Of a DNA stretch of 64,000 bases, positions 19,584 through 30,724 are shown one piece after another (positions within the stretch are counted from its first letter, which is position 1; each line of letters opens with the position of its first letter). The stretch is from assembly GCA_963703225.1 (NCBI GenBank), contig OY969801.1, positions 2,400,001 to 2,464,000 on the forward strand. The letters are read 5' to 3'. A program made the position numbers and the translations under genes. This stretch comes from Candidatus Eiseniibacteriota bacterium. Lineage in GTDB: Bacteria; Eisenbacteria; RBG-16-71-46; SZUA-252. The notes beneath the pieces were generated by a model that was not told the DNA's origin, ran no database searches, and worked only from the letters and a program-made list of their open reading frames with translations.

Positions 19584-19609
19584 CGGATCCTCTCCGCCTT
19601 CGGCGAGGC

Positions 19610-20410
19610 CTACTTTCGTTTGGCCCGCTTCGCGGCTTTGGCCCGCCTTGGCGGGGCCGCCTTCGCCCTCTCGGCCTTGGCGCGCTTCCCTGCCCCGTCC
19701 CGTTTCGGCTGGACGGCTTTCCCTCGTCTCGCGACCTTCGCGCGCTTCCCCCCACCCTTCCGTTCCCACGGCGGCACCGAGCCCCTTCGGAAGTAGGGCT
19801 CGCTCGGGCAAAGATCCTTCACCGCGCATTCCGGGCACTTCGGCTTCCTCGCGATGCACGTGCGACGGCCATGGAAGATGAGCAGGTGCGAGAAATCGAT
19901 CCACGCGTCGCGCGGGAGGATCCGCATGAGGTCCCGCTCCACCTCCTCCGCGGTTTTTCCCCGGCTCAGTCCGAGACGCCGGGCGATCCGCTCGACGTGC
20001 GTGTCGACGACCACGCCCTCCGCGAGACCATAACCCACCCCCAGCACCACATTGGCCGTCTTCCGAGCCACGCCCGAGAGCGTGAGCAGCTCGTCCATGG
20101 TCCGCGGCACCGCGCCTCCAAACGCCTCGACGATCCTCTGTGAGGCGGCGCGTATCGCCTTGGCCTTGTTTCTGTAAAACCCGGTCGAGCGAACGATCGT
20201 TTCCAGCGATTCCTGGCTCGAGCGGCTCATCGCGCCCGCGTCCGGGTACTTGGCGAAGAGGCCCGGCGTCACCATGTTGACCCTGGCGTCGGTGCATTGC
20301 GCGGAGAGGATCGTGGCCACGAGGAGCTGGAACGGGTTCTCGTGGGTCAGCGCGCAGGCGGCATCCGGATAGGCCTGGCGCAGCCGCGCGAGCAGGGTCT
20401 GAATCTCCAT
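19610..20410 (-). CDS. nth: Endonuclease III with basic C-terminal tail
   Basis: LLVATILSAQCTD, GVARKTANVV, VVDTHV, Cx6Cx2Cx5C FeS motif. Confidence 0.95.
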   Translation of the reverse strand: MEIQTLLARLRQAYPDAACALTHENPFQLLVATILSAQCTDARVNMVTPGLFAKYPDAGAMSRSSQESLETIVRSTGFYRNKAKAIRAASQRIVEAFGGAVPRTMDELLTLSGVARKTANVVLGVGYGLAEGVVVDTHVERIARRLGLSRGKTAEEVERDLMRILPRDAWIDFSHLLIFHGRRTCIARKPKCPECAVKDLCPSEPYFRRGSVPPWERKGGGKRAKVARRGKAVQPKRDGAGKRAKAERAKAAPPRRAKAAKRAKRK

Positions 20411-21082
20411 TCAGTTCTGGCGGCGGTCGGGCGGGAAGAGATGTCGCGCTTGGTCGAGGCTGTCCTGGGTGGCCGAGGCCTCGTGGAGCACCTGGTAAAC
20501 AGCCCGGTAGCGCAGTTCCGTGCTCTCCATCTCGAGCAAGTGCTGCTTCACCGCGGGCTCCACGTTCAGGTTCATCGCGATCGTATTCAGGACCGCGTCG
20601 GCCCCCATGTGTGCCCCGAGCGTCGCCGCCAGGTCGATCGCGGCTCCCTGCCCTTCATTGAATCGACGGAACATTTCGAGAAGCTGGCGCGACGCGTCCG
20701 GCGTGGTATCGCGCGCCGTCCACGCGTCGTCCTCGATCAGTCGGTGCATCCGGGCGATCCGAAATGGATGCTCCCGCTCGAACCCGTCAATGGCGACCTT
20801 GTATTCGCCGTGGAGGGTCAGATTGTAGCGACCGTCGGGGAGCAGCTGGTAGTTGGCGACCCGGCCGACGCACGCGACGGGATGGACGTCGGGCGATCCG
20901 TAGTAGTTCGCCTCCCAGCCGGGCTTGAGGAGCGCCATGCAGATCGACTGGCCTCCCTGGAGGACTTCGTCCATCATCAAGCGATACCGCGGCTCGAAGA
21001 CGTGCAGCGAGAGAATCGCCTTCGGAAAGAGGACCACGTTTGGAAGCGGGAAGACCGGCCGAGTTTCCAGTTCATCGGTCAC
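20411..21082 (-). CDS. LON peptidase substrate-binding (N-terminal) domain protein
   Basis: PVFPLPNVVLFP...LHVFEPRYR, LPDGRY, KQ.LLE. Confidence 0.88.
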   Translation of the reverse strand: MTDELETRPVFPLPNVVLFPKAILSLHVFEPRYRLMMDEVLQGGQSICMALLKPGWEANYYGSPDVHPVACVGRVANYQLLPDGRYNLTLHGEYKVAIDGFEREHPFRIARMHRLIEDDAWTARDTTPDASRQLLEMFRRFNEGQGAAIDLAATLGAHMGADAVLNTIAMNLNVEPAVKQHLLEMESTELRYRAVYQVLHEASATQDSLDQARHLFPPDRRQN

Positions 21083-21088
21083 GCGCGA

Positions 21089-22283
21089 ATGCTACCACAG
21101 GGGTGTCTGGGCCAACACCCGACGCCCGCGCTGACCGAACGGATCCGCGCGGAGGCTCGGCGGCTCGGATTTCGACGCGATCGGATTCGCGCGGGCCGAA
21201 GCGCATCCGGACGCGGATCGCCTCCGCGCGTGGCTCGCCGAGGGACGGCACGGGACCATGGCGTGGATGGCGCGCGACCCGGCGCGGCGGGGCGATCCGC
21301 GGAGGGCTCTCCCTGAGGCCCGGACTGTGATCTCGGTCGGGCTCGGCTACTACCGGGGCGACTGGCCGGAGGGGGCGGAGCCATCCCCGCTTCGCGGGCG
21401 CGTGGCGCGCTATGCCTGGGGCCGGGACTATCACAAGCGGATTCGAAAGCGCCTCCTCAGGCTGGGTCGGTCGATCCGCGCGATCGAGCCCGCCACGCGG
21501 TTCGTCTTCTTCGCCGACACCGGTCCGTGCCTCGACCGAGCGTGGGCCGAGCGCGCCGGCCTCGGGTGGATCGGGAAGAATACGAACGTGATCACCCAGG
21601 GAGCGGGGTCGTGGCAGTTTCTCGGGGTGCTGCTCACCGATCTCGATCTGGTGGCCGACGCCCCCGCGCGAAACCACTGTGGCACCTGCGCCCGGTGTAT
21701 CGCGGCCTGCCCCACCGGCGCCATCGTCGGGCCGTACGAGCTGGACGCGCGGCGGTGCATCAGCTACCTCACGATCGAGCACCGCGGCGCGATTCCACTC
21801 GAGCTTCGCCCCGCGATCGGCACCCGCATCTTCGGCTGCGACGATTGCCAGGAGGTCTGTCCCTGGAACCGCTTTGCCACCAAGACGACGAATCCCGACT
21901 TCGCGGAACGCCCCGATCAGCAGACCCCCGAGCTGGTCCCGCTTCTCGCGCTGGATGAGGCCGGATTCGCCGCCCGGTTCCAGGGGACGGCGCTCCGCCG
22001 CGCGGGCCGGGACCGGTTCGTCCGAAACGTGGCGGTGGCGCTGGGCAATCTCGGCGACGCCCGGGCGGTCCCGGCGCTCGGCCGTGCGCTTCTTTGGGAT
22101 CCCGACCCTTCCGTTCGGGGCCACGCGGCGTGGGCACTCGGCCAGATCGGCGATCGTGGCGCGGCGGCATTCCTCCGGTTGGCCGAGGGTGAGGGGGACC
22201 CGGAAGTGCGCCGCGAGATCGAGTATGCTTGGGAGAGGATGCACCCGATTCCCGATGAGCCCGTCACCCCGCCAGGGAGGTAG
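21089..22283 (+). CDS. queG: tRNA epoxyqueuosine(34) reductase; frameshift near 21170
   Basis: RYAWGRDYH, GLGWIGKN, CGTC.RC..ACPT, CISYLTIE, FGCDDCQEVCPWN, HEAT tail; N-terminal ERIRAEARRLGF lies in another frame; start approximate. Confidence 0.9.
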
Positions 22284-22289
22284 CGCCCG

Positions 22290-23060
22290 ATGAACCGAGT
22301 ACTCGCGGCATTCCTGCTCCTCCTCTCGCTGGCCGCCGCGCGGCCGGCCGACGCCGGCATGATCAGCTACACGCAGGATTCGACGAGGATCCGCGGCTAC
22401 CTGGCGCTTCCCCGCGGCGAGGGTACGCACGCCGCGGTCATCGTGATTCACGAATGGTGGGGGCTCAACGATTGGGTGAAGCAGCAGGCGGACAGTCTCG
22501 CAAAGCTGGGCTACGTGGCCTTCGCCGCCGACCTCTACAAGGGACAGGTGGCGTACGACGACGAGACCGCGCACCAATTGGTGAGCGGCTTGGCCGAGGA
22601 CGAGGCGATGAGGACGCTCCGGGCGTCGACCGACTTCCTGAGATCCCGCTCCGACGTCCGCGCCCACGCCATCGGCGTGATTGGATGGTGCATGGGGGGG
22701 AAGTATGCGATTCGGGTCGCGGCGGCCGATCCAGGGATCCGCGCGTGCGTGATGTACTACGGAGCCCCGATCACCGACCCGACGACCATCCGCGAAATCC
22801 AGGCCGCGGTCCTGGGCAACTTTGGAGCCGAGGACAAAGGTCCGAGCCCGGATCAGGTGAAGGAATTTGAGGCGGCTCTGAAGAAGGCAGGGAAACGGGT
22901 GGATTTCAAGATCTACCCAGGAGCCGGACACGCGTTCGCGAACGTGAACAATCCGTGGGGCGGCTACCGCGAGGGACCGACGATGGACGCGTGGAAGCGC
23001 ACGGTCGCCTTCTTCGACAAGGAATTGAAGAAAGCCTCCATCCCCAAGGGATCGCGGTAG
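22290..23060 (+). CDS. Dienelactone hydrolase family protein (signal peptide)
   Basis: IHEWWGLN, GWCMGG, YPGAGHAF. Confidence 0.9.
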   Translation: MNRVLAAFLLLLSLAAARPADAGMISYTQDSTRIRGYLALPRGEGTHAAVIVIHEWWGLNDWVKQQADSLAKLGYVAFAADLYKGQVAYDDETAHQLVSGLAEDEAMRTLRASTDFLRSRSDVRAHAIGVIGWCMGGKYAIRVAAADPGIRACVMYYGAPITDPTTIREIQAAVLGNFGAEDKGPSPDQVKEFEAALKKAGKRVDFKIYPGAGHAFANVNNPWGGYREGPTMDAWKRTVAFFDKELKKASIPKGSR

Positions 23061-23101
23061 AGCGGGGCGGCCACGAGCGATCCAGCCCGGGCCGGTTCAA
23101 G

Positions 23102-23542
23102 ATGACTCGGCACGAGGTGGCCGCGGGGATCGTCTGGTCGGGCTCCGAGGTCCTCATCGCGCGCCGCGAAGACCACGACCATCAAGGGGGGCGCTGGGAA
23201 TTCCCCGGCGGCAAGCGGCACCGCTCCGAGACCATCGAGCAGTGTCTTCGCAGGGAGATGCTCGAAGAGATCGGGATCGAAGTCGAGGTGGGCCCGCTCT
23301 GGCGCGCGCTCACACACCTCTATCCCGATCGTGCGGTCAGCCTCTACTTCTATCTATGCGAAAACGTCCGGGGGACGCCGCGCGCCATCGAATGTGCCGA
23401 GGTGCGCTGGATCCCGCCGGACGCGCTCCGACGGCTTCCCTTCGTCGAGGGGGATATCCAGATCCTCCCCGATCTCGCTCGAGACCTTACTTCGCTGGCG
23501 GCGGCTCGGGAGGCCGAACCACACCCTCGATCCCGATCGTGA
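23102..23542 (+). CDS. NUDIX hydrolase, MutT-like
   Basis: WEFPGGK...E....[11 protein letters not shown]udix box. Confidence 0.85.
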   Translation: MTRHEVAAGIVWSGSEVLIARREDHDHQGGRWEFPGGKRHRSETIEQCLRREMLEEIGIEVEVGPLWRALTHLYPDRAVSLYFYLCENVRGTPRAIECAEVRWIPPDALRRLPFVEGDIQILPDLARDLTSLAAAREAEPHPRSRS

Positions 23543-24101
23543 TGTCGACGTCATCGCCGAGCATCGTGCCGCCCTGGTCGAGCGTCTTGTTCCAGAGAAT
23601 GTTGAAGTCCTTCCGATTTACCTTCGTGGTCGCCTCGAATCCGGCCCGCATCTCGCCGCCAAAGCTGGGCCCCGAGCCGAGGTAGGTGACGGCGAGGGTC
23701 ACCGGCTTCGTGACCCCGCGCATCGTGAGGTTCCCCTCCAGCGACAGCTTTCCCTCGCCCGTGGGGGTGACCTTGGTGCTCACGAACTTGAGCGTCGGAT
23801 ACTTCTCGGCGAAGAAGAAATCCTCGCTCTTGAGATGCCCGTCGCGCTTTTCGTTGTTGGTATTGATGCTCGCGGCGTCGATCTCGACGGTGGCGCTCGA
23901 CGCCGCCGGCTTGTCGGCGTCGTAGACAACGGTCCCCGAGAACTTGGTGAAGTTACCTGGCACCTTGCTGAAAAAGTGCCGGATGGTGAAACCGACCGTG
24001 GAGTGATTGGGGTCGATGGTCCAGGTGACCGGCGCGGCATTCGCGGCCGAGGAGAACGAGAGGCTGAGTGCGAGAACGAACGCGGCGAGGACTCTTCTCA
24101 T
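23487..24101 (-). CDS. YceI family lipid/polyisoprenoid-binding protein
   Basis: [36 protein letters not shown]; signal peptide. Confidence 0.92.
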   Translation of the reverse strand: MRRVLAAFVLALSLSFSSAANAAPVTWTIDPNHSTVGFTIRHFFSKVPGNFTKFSGTVVYDADKPAASSATVEIDAASINTNNEKRDGHLKSEDFFFAEKYPTLKFVSTKVTPTGEGKLSLEGNLTMRGVTKPVTLAVTYLGSGPSFGGEMRAGFEATTKVNRKDFNILWNKTLDQGGTMLGDDVDITIGIEGVVRPPEPPPAK

Positions 24102-24296
24102 GGGGCCAATTCCTCCGTTTCAGTGTCGCGGTCGCCACGCCTCGGGCGCCGCGCGAACGCCCCGGGCTTGAAGCGGGGGCGGCGTTTGCCTACTATCCTA
24201 CACGTTCATTCTTGGATGCAGCGACTTCCCCACCGATTCCGGGCACCCACCGGGGATCCGCCGACATCTAATACCCTTACGAGGATTCATTGTTCC

Positions 24297-25277
24297 ATGC
24301 CAGATACCCGTGACGTCATCATCCTAGGTTCGGGCGCCGCAGGGCTCACCGCGGCGATCTACGCCGCGCGGGCCAATTTGAAGCCGCTCCTATTCGAAGG
24401 GACCCAGCCAGGCGGCCAACTCACCATCACGACCGAAGTCGAGAATTTCCCCGGCTTCCGCGAGGCGATCATGGGGCCTGCCCTGATGGTCGAGATGAGG
24501 GCCCAGGCGGAGCGATTCGGCACCGAGTTCGTGCCGTTGGACGCGGAGCAGGTGAATCTGCGCTCGAACCCCATCCAGGTCGTCGCCTGCGGCAAGACCT
24601 ACACGACCCGCGCGCTCATCATCGCGACCGGAGCATCGGCCAAGCTCCTCGGCATCGCGAGCGAGACCGCGTTGATGGGCCACGGCGTTTCGGCCTGCGC
24701 GACGTGTGACGGCTTCTTCTTCAAGGAGAAGCCCCTCATCGTGGTCGGCGGAGGCGACACCGCCATGGAAGAGGCGACGTTTCTCACGAAGTTCGCGAGC
24801 CACGTGACCATCGTGCATCGCCGCGACGAGCTGCGCGCCTCCAAGATCATGCAGGAGCGGGCTCGCGCGAATCCCAAGATCTCGTTTATCTGGGATTCGG
24901 AGATTGACGAGATCCTCGGCGCGGCGGAGGGAAAGGTGACCGGGGTCAAGCTCCGGAACCTCAAGACCGGCGTCGTGACCGAGCAGAAGATCGAAGGGGT
25001 GTTCATCGGCATCGGGCACCAGCCCAACACCCAGCTCTTCGGTGGCCAGCTCCCCCTCGATGCCTCAGGGTACATCGTCACCCGTGAGGGAACGCGGACC
25101 GACATCCCGGGCGTCTTTGCCGCGGGCGACGTGCAGGACCGGGTTTACCGGCAGGCCGTGACCGCGGCGGGTAGCGGGTGCATGGCCGCGCTCGACGCCG
25201 AGCGCTACATCGAGCAGCTGAAGCACGCCCAGAACCCGCCTCGCGCGTCGGAGCCCGCCAAGGCTCCCGCCGCGTGA
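24297..25277 (+). CDS. trxB: Thioredoxin-disulfide reductase
   Basis: [51 protein letters not shown]. Confidence 0.95.
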   Translation: MPDTRDVIILGSGAAGLTAAIYAARANLKPLLFEGTQPGGQLTITTEVENFPGFREAIMGPALMVEMRAQAERFGTEFVPLDAEQVNLRSNPIQVVACGKTYTTRALIIATGASAKLLGIASETALMGHGVSACATCDGFFFKEKPLIVVGGGDTAMEEATFLTKFASHVTIVHRRDELRASKIMQERARANPKISFIWDSEIDEILGAAEGKVTGVKLRNLKTGVVTEQKIEGVFIGIGHQPNTQLFGGQLPLDASGYIVTREGTRTDIPGVFAAGDVQDRVYRQAVTAAGSGCMAALDAERYIEQLKHAQNPPRASEPAKAPAA

Positions 25278-26968
25278 GCGACGCGCGCGAAGCACTCGAA
25301 GTCGACGTCCTCTTCGTGGGGGGCGGCCCCGCCGGTTTGGCGGGGGCGCTCAAGCTCTCCCAGCTCGTGACCGCCCGAAACGAACGCGCCGCCGCGGGCC
25401 AGGGAAAGGCCCTCGGCGAAGTCTCCATCGCGGTACTGGAGAAGGCGTCCGAGATCGGCGCGCACGGGATTTCGGGATGCGTGCTCGACCCGCGCGCTCT
25501 GCGCGAGCTCCTCCCCGACTACCGCGCCCTCGGGGCCCCCATCGAGAGCGACGTCACCAGCGACGATCTCTTCTACTTCACGTCCGGCGGCCAGGTTCGG
25601 TTTCCGCTCCTCCCGCCGCCGCTCCAGAATCACGGCAACCATGTCGTCTCGCTCGGCTCCCTGGAGAAGTGGCTCGGGGGCCTCGTGGAAGCGTCCGGCA
25701 GCTACGTCCTCCCCGGAATGGCCGCGGTGGAAGGGCTCTTTGAAGGGGACCGGATGGTCGGCGTCCGGACCGGCGACAAGGGGATCGACCGCCACGGGAA
25801 CCGCAGGACGAACTTCGAGCCCGGCTCCGACGTCCGCGCGAAGGTCACGATTCTCTGCGAGGGCGTTCGCGGGTCGCTGACCAAACGACTCGCTCCCACA
25901 CTTCGACTCGAGGAGGGGCGCGCGCCCCAGATCTATGCGACCGGAATCAAGGAAGTGTGGCAGATGCCGGCGGGACGAGTGCCCAAGGGGCGGGTGATCC
26001 ACACCATGGGCGCCCCGCTCGACTCCCGCACGTTCGGCGGCGGATTCATCTACGGAATGGACCACGACCGGTGGGCGGTCGGCTTCGTGGTGGGGCTCGA
26101 TTACTGGAACCCGACGACCGATCCGCACGGGCTCTTTCAGCAATACAAGCGGCATCCCTTTGTCGCGGCGCTGCTCGACGGCGGATCGATCCTTTCCTAC
26201 GGCGCCAAGGCGATCCCCGAAGGCGGCTACTACTCCATCCCCAGGCTCTCCTGGCCGGGAGGATTGCTCTGCGGCGACAGCGCCTCGCTCCTCAATTCGC
26301 AGCGATTGAAAGGCGTCCACCTGGCCATGAAGTCGGGAATGCTCGCGGCCGAGACGGCCCTGGACGCGCTCGTCGCCGGGGTGGAGGACGCGGAGACCAT
26401 GCGCGCCTACGACCGCCGCGTGCGCGAGTCGTGGATCCACGAGGAGCTTTGGCGCGTCCGGAACTTCCACCAGGGGTTCGAGCGCGGGCTCTGGATGGGG
26501 ATGCTCGACGCGGGGCTGCAGCTCGTCACCGGTGGATTGGGCCTGGGCAACCGTCCCACCTGGGAGACCGGTCCGGCGCGGATGAAGAAGCTGGGCGAGG
26601 CGGGCGTGCGGCCGATTTCACTGGAAGAGACCCAGCGGCGCTATGACAATGTCCACACGTTCACCAAGGTGAACGACGTCTTCCACTCCGGGACGAAGCA
26701 TGACGAGGACCAGCCGAGCCATCTCCTCGTCTCGGACACCAGCATTTGCGCCACCCGCTGCCGCGAGGAGTACGGGAATCCGTGCCAGCACTTCTGTCCG
26801 GCGAACGTCTACGAGATGGTCCCGGACTCCGAGCCGGGCCGAATCAAGCTCAAGCTCAACCCCTCGAACTGCGTCCACTGCAAGACCTGCGACATCGCCG
26901 ACCCCTATCAGATCATCACGTGGGTTCCCCCGGAAGGCGGAGGCGGCCCGAATTACGTTCAGCTGTAG
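25274..26968 (+). CDS. Electron transfer flavoprotein-ubiquinone oxidoreductase
   Basis: [34 protein letters not shown]-terminal FCPANVYE...[20 protein letters not shown] overlaps trxB stop. Confidence 0.93.
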   Translation: MSDAREALEVDVLFVGGGPAGLAGALKLSQLVTARNERAAAGQGKALGEVSIAVLEKASEIGAHGISGCVLDPRALRELLPDYRALGAPIESDVTSDDLFYFTSGGQVRFPLLPPPLQNHGNHVVSLGSLEKWLGGLVEASGSYVLPGMAAVEGLFEGDRMVGVRTGDKGIDRHGNRRTNFEPGSDVRAKVTILCEGVRGSLTKRLAPTLRLEEGRAPQIYATGIKEVWQMPAGRVPKGRVIHTMGAPLDSRTFGGGFIYGMDHDRWAVGFVVGLDYWNPTTDPHGLFQQYKRHPFVAALLDGGSILSYGAKAIPEGGYYSIPRLSWPGGLLCGDSASLLNSQRLKGVHLAMKSGMLAAETALDALVAGVEDAETMRAYDRRVRESWIHEELWRVRNFHQGFERGLWMGMLDAGLQLVTGGLGLGNRPTWETGPARMKKLGEAGVRPISLEETQRRYDNVHTFTKVNDVFHSGTKHDEDQPSHLLVSDTSICATRCREEYGNPCQHFCPANVYEMVPDSEPGRIKLKLNPSNCVHCKTCDIADPYQIITWVPPEGGGGPNYVQL

Positions 26969-27027
26969 GGGGGACGGCTTCGCGTTGAATCGATCCTGAT
27001 CCGCGCGCGAGGGTGGGGCGCGTCCCG

Positions 27028-27363
27028 TCAGTATCTGGGGACGGTGGGGTCGATCAACTCCGACCAGGCTTCGATGCCGCCGCTCATGCTCCGCACCTTG
27101 CGAAATCCGTGATCCCAGAGCAGCAGGCACCCGTCCACGCTCCGATCGCCGTGGTGGCAATAGATGATCGTCTCCATGGAGGGATCGAGCTCGCCGACGC
27201 GGGTTTCCAGGCCGAGGAGCGGAATGTGGATCGCCCCCTCGAGGTGCGACTTCTCCCACTCCCAGTCGTCGCGAACGTCGAGGAGGATCAGGTTCTCCCC
27301 GCCCTCGATCATCTCGTTGACCAGCTCCGGCGAGATCTCGAACTCGAGGAAGTGATCCCGCAT
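27028..27363 (-). CDS. Rhodanese-like domain protein
   Basis: LLDVR..WE, YCHHG.RS, GGIEAWS..IDP.VPRY. Confidence 0.88.
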   Translation of the reverse strand: MRDHFLEFEISPELVNEMIEGGENLILLDVRDDWEWEKSHLEGAIHIPLLGLETRVGELDPSMETIIYCHHGDRSVDGCLLLWDHGFRKVRSMSGGIEAWSELIDPTVPRY

Positions 27364-27372
27364 CGTCGGGCC

Positions 27373-27474
27373 TCAGCGCCCCTCGGACGCCCGCCGGAGG
27401 CGCCGCCAGAGCAGCGCCAGGTAGACCGCCCAAAGGAGCCCGCTCAGCAGATAGGCGACGATCGCATAGGTCAT
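27373..27474 (-). CDS. ccmD: CcmD-like small membrane protein (33 aa)
   Basis: MTYAIVAYLLSGLLWAVYLALLWRRLRRASEGR*; ATG overlaps ccmC stop; single TM plus basic tail; below ORF-track cutoff. Confidence 0.72.
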   Translation of the reverse strand: MTYAIVAYLLSGLLWAVYLALLWRRLRRASEGR

Positions 27475-28181
27475 GACCGGCGAATGTCCAGCGCGGGCAC
27501 CCCGATCGGACGGGTGTCAGCCTCGCGCGAGGCGGCTTCGCGCGCCCACTCCAGGCGGAGACGCCGTTCCAGCACGGCGAGGTAGAAGACGACCCACGCC
27601 AGCATGGAGAGAAGCAGGATCTGGCGCATGTCGCCGGACATCGTGACGGCCTTCGGGTGGAGCGAACCGCGCCACCACTCCACCGACTTCCATACGATCG
27701 GAAGGTTCACGAAGAAGACCACGCCCATGATCGCGGAAATCGTCCGCTTCGCGGAGGACCGGAGAGAAGCGCGGACCACGTGGTACGCGGCGTAGAGGAT
27801 CCAGAGGATGAAGAATGTCGTGAGTCGCGGCTCCCAGGTCCACCATGTGTTCCACGCCGAGCGTGCCCAGAGCGGACCGGTGAGCATCACGACCGTCGCG
27901 AAGACCATCCCGACCTCGCACGATGCGGCGCCGAGCGCGTCCCAGAACCAGTACTTGGTGGCGAGGTAGGCGATGCCGGCGGCGAACACGACCCCAAACG
28001 CGAGGAGCGTCACGATCGCGCTGGGAACGTGGATGTAGACGATCTTCTGAACCGGCCCCATGACCGCTTCCACCGGCGCCCGGAACACGACCGCCGCGAG
28101 CGAGGCCGCCACGAGCAGGATCGCCACGCCCCAGAGCCAGGGCGCCGCCCTCCGCCACGCGTCCGGAATGATCCGGTTCAT
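27471..28181 (-). CDS. ccmC: Heme chaperone/exporter CcmC
   Basis: YIHVP, WWD-domain GPLWARSAWNTWWTWEPRLT, WW..LH. Confidence 0.92.
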   Translation of the reverse strand: MNRIIPDAWRRAAPWLWGVAILLVAASLAAVVFRAPVEAVMGPVQKIVYIHVPSAIVTLLAFGVVFAAGIAYLATKYWFWDALGAASCEVGMVFATVVMLTGPLWARSAWNTWWTWEPRLTTFFILWILYAAYHVVRASLRSSAKRTISAIMGVVFFVNLPIVWKSVEWWRGSLHPKAVTMSGDMRQILLLSMLAWVVFYLAVLERRLRLEWAREAASREADTRPIGVPALDIRRS

Positions 28182-28849
28182 TCTCCAGCCTCCTGAACCG
28201 ATTCGTAGAGCCAAGCCGACAGGGCAAGGCCCAAGACATCCATGACCGCCATCACCTTGATCCAGTCGCGAACGGGCTCGATGGTCCCTCCGGCCCAGAG
28301 CGCGTGGGTCAACTTGACCGCGCCGATCCAGAGGGGAACGAGGGATGGGAACAGGAGAACCGAGAGGAGGAGCTCCCGTGCCTGGAGCCCCCGAGCCAGT
28401 GCCGCGAACAACGTTCCCCACGCACTATAGCCCAGAAGCGCGAGCGCGACAACGCCCGCGAGCGCGGGTAGGACGCGCAAATCGCCGACGTCATAAAAGA
28501 TCGCGGTCAACGGGAGGAGCAGGAGAAATACCGCCCCGAGGAGGAGCGCGCCCGCGAGGGTCTTCCCCAGGTAGACCATATAGGGATCGGGACCCGCCAG
28601 ACGGACCGCGTCGGCCGCGCCCCACGCCCCTTCCAGCTCCTGGGACCTTGTCAAACCGAGAACGCCCGCGAAGAAGAGCGCCGCCCACACGGTGGCGGCC
28701 GCCTCCCGCGCGGGATCGTTGAAGATCGGGCCCAGGGCCACGCTCAGGATGAGCACGAGCGCCGCGCTGAAGAGCCCCAGCGTGGCCGCGAAGCGCGCGT
28801 CCCGCACGAAGAGCTTCAGGTCCTTGAGCGCGACCGTCCAGACCGTCAT
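28178..28849 (-). CDS. ccmB: Heme exporter permease CcmB
   Basis: ALKDL, VYLGK, RELLL.VLLFP..VP; 6 TM; position in operon. Confidence 0.88.
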   Translation of the reverse strand: MTVWTVALKDLKLFVRDARFAATLGLFSAALVLILSVALGPIFNDPAREAAATVWAALFFAGVLGLTRSQELEGAWGAADAVRLAGPDPYMVYLGKTLAGALLLGAVFLLLLPLTAIFYDVGDLRVLPALAGVVALALLGYSAWGTLFAALARGLQARELLLSVLLFPSLVPLWIGAVKLTHALWAGGTIEPVRDWIKVMAVMDVLGLALSAWLYESVQEAGE

Positions 28850-29484
28850 GCCGCCTCGATTCGGCCGCTGGTGAGCCGAAGGGACCGCGTGGCCAGCGCC
28901 GCGGCGCGCTCGGGATCGTGCCCCACCAGGAGCACCCCGGCCCCGCGCGCGATCGCCTCGCGGAGGGCGCCGTTGAGCGCGGCGGTTCCCTCCGCGTCGA
29001 GCCCCGCGTAGGGCTCATCCAGGATCAGAAAGCGGGGTCCATGGAGAAGCGCGCGGCTCAACACCACGCGCTGGAGCATTCCTCGGGAGAAGGTATGGAG
29101 CGGGACGTCCGCGAATGCCGCAAGCCCGAACCGCTCGAGCATCGCTCTCGCCTTGGGGCGCGCCTCGACCACGCCCGCCAACCGCCCGAAAAACTCAAGA
29201 TTCTCGACGGGCGTGAGCGATTCGTAAAGCAGAGGAAGGTGGGACGTGAACCCGATCGCGCGCCGGGCGGCCTGACGGTGCTCGCCGACCGGAACGTCGT
29301 CGATCGAAACTTCGCCGTCGTCGGCGGCGAGCAGGGTGGCAATGATGCGGGCCAGGGTGGTCTTGCCGGAGCCGTTCGCCCCCGCCAGAAGGACGACCTC
29401 CCCCGCCTCGAGGCTGAGCGACGCGCCGGCCAGAATGGTCCGGTCGTCGAAGCGCTTCCGGACGGCCTCGGCTCGAAGGCTCAC
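28846..29484 (-). CDS. ccmA: Heme exporter ATPase CcmA
   Basis: GANGSGKT, FSRGMLQR, LDEPY; ccm context. Confidence 0.88.
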   Translation of the reverse strand: MSLRAEAVRKRFDDRTILAGASLSLEAGEVVLLAGANGSGKTTLARIIATLLAADDGEVSIDDVPVGEHRQAARRAIGFTSHLPLLYESLTPVENLEFFGRLAGVVEARPKARAMLERFGLAAFADVPLHTFSRGMLQRVVLSRALLHGPRFLILDEPYAGLDAEGTAALNGALREAIARGAGVLLVGHDPERAAALATRSLRLTSGRIEAA

Positions 29485-29494
29485 CGCGCGGAGG

Positions 29495-30724
29495 TCAGCG
29501 GGTCCCGGTCCGAGGCTGATCGGCGAGTATGGACTCGAGCCGGCGCTTCAAGTTGCCGCGAATCAACGCGTGGGTATCCTTGGAGAACTCCCCCCGCTCC
29601 ACGCCCCGATCCAAGGCCTCGATCAAATAGAGGTACACCGTCGCGAATTCATCGTCGGCTTGAGGAACCCGCTCGGCCCTTGCTGAAGCGGGCCCGGCTG
29701 GTGCTGCGAAGGGTATTTCCTTTCCGACCCGAGCAGCACCACCCGGACCCGCCCCACCACGCGCCGCGCGTTGTCCCCTTCTCGAGGCGAAGACCAACGC
29801 GCCGATGATCAGAAACGGCGCCAAGAGCCACGGATAGATCTTCGGATTCGACCAGAACCCCGCGCCGTTGATCCTCATCGTGACCTCGGCTCCCACGGGG
29901 AAATTCGAGCCCTGGTAGATCTCGAACTTTCGCCCCCCTTGCTCGCGCTGCCCGCCGTACTGGAGCGACTTCGACTCCAGCCGAAGCTTGGGGTCCTCGA
30001 TGAGGACCACGAACTTGTCGGTGGGAAAGTAGAGCCGGTGCGAAAGGTCCATCCGACCCGACATGGGTACGCTGTAGGTGAAGCTGAAGGGCCGCGTCCC
30101 GGGCGGAATGGGACGCAGGCTCGCGAGGTCTCTGCCTTGGACCCGCACGGTCTGCTCGTCGCCTCCCATGCCCGCCTGAAACTCCTTCACCGAAGCCGGG
30201 AGGCCCAGCCTGACGCCGACGTTCTCGGCGTGGTTGAGCCCGGTGCCGAGGTAGGCGGTCTCGCCCGAGTTCTCGAAGACGACGATTTCGGTGACATGGA
30301 GATCGCCCGGCCGCCGCTCGACGATGATGTGGTGATTGGTCACCCGGACGGAGGCCATGTCTCGGCCGACGTCGTAGACCACCATATCCTGCGACGCTTC
30401 CCCACCGACCGGCTCGACCGGCCCCTCGGTGTAGTAGGCTCCCTCGTACTCGGCGGAGATGAAGTACGAATGCTGGGGATCGGCGTTCAAGCCGGCGAAC
30501 GTAAAGGAGCCGTCCTGACCCGAGGTCGCCGTCTTGCCCGCGAGCTCCTCCGTCCCGGAAACTACGTGTAGCGAGACCGGAAGGCCGGGCAAGGGGTGCC
30601 GTGCCGTCCCCTTCAGGGTTCGACCGTGGATCGTGAATGTGGCCGCGCCCGCGCGCGGGGCCACGGCGACCAGCACGCACGCGACCGTCAGTGCGGGCAA
30701 GACCCAGCGAAGGAATGCTCTCAA
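29495..30724 (-). CDS. Uncharacterised exported protein (carboxypeptidase-regulatory-like beta domain, C-terminal TM) in the ccm operon
   Basis: Signal peptide, DG.FTF..L beta motif, TM near residue 300, cytoplasmic tail LIEALD...ERGE. Confidence 0.65.
   Translation of the reverse strand: MRAFLRWVLPALTVACVLVAVAPRAGAATFTIHGRTLKGTARHPLPGLPVSLHVVSGTEELAGKTATSGQDGSFTFAGLNADPQHSYFISAEYEGAYYTEGPVEPVGGEASQDMVVYDVGRDMASVRVTNHHIIVERRPGDLHVTEIVVFENSGETAYLGTGLNHAENVGVRLGLPASVKEFQAGMGGDEQTVRVQGRDLASLRPIPPGTRPFSFTYSVPMSGRMDLSHRLYFPTDKFVVLIEDPKLRLESKSLQYGGQREQGGRKFEIYQGSNFPVGAEVTMRINGAGFWSNPKIYPWLLAPFLIIGALVFASRRGQRAARGGAGPGGAARVGKEIPFAAPAGPASARAERVPQADDEFATVYLYLIEALDRGVERGEFSKDTHALIRGNLKRRLESILADQPRTGTR

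Noticed and set aside
24210..24242. Possible ECF promoter (GGAATC-N15-GCATC) upstream of yceI
   Set aside because: Too degenerate to support without a matching sigma factor or a second instance
23331..25277. 648-aa N-terminally extended thioredoxin reductase
   Set aside because: Extension is antisense to yceI; real start is ATG 24297 with its own RBS
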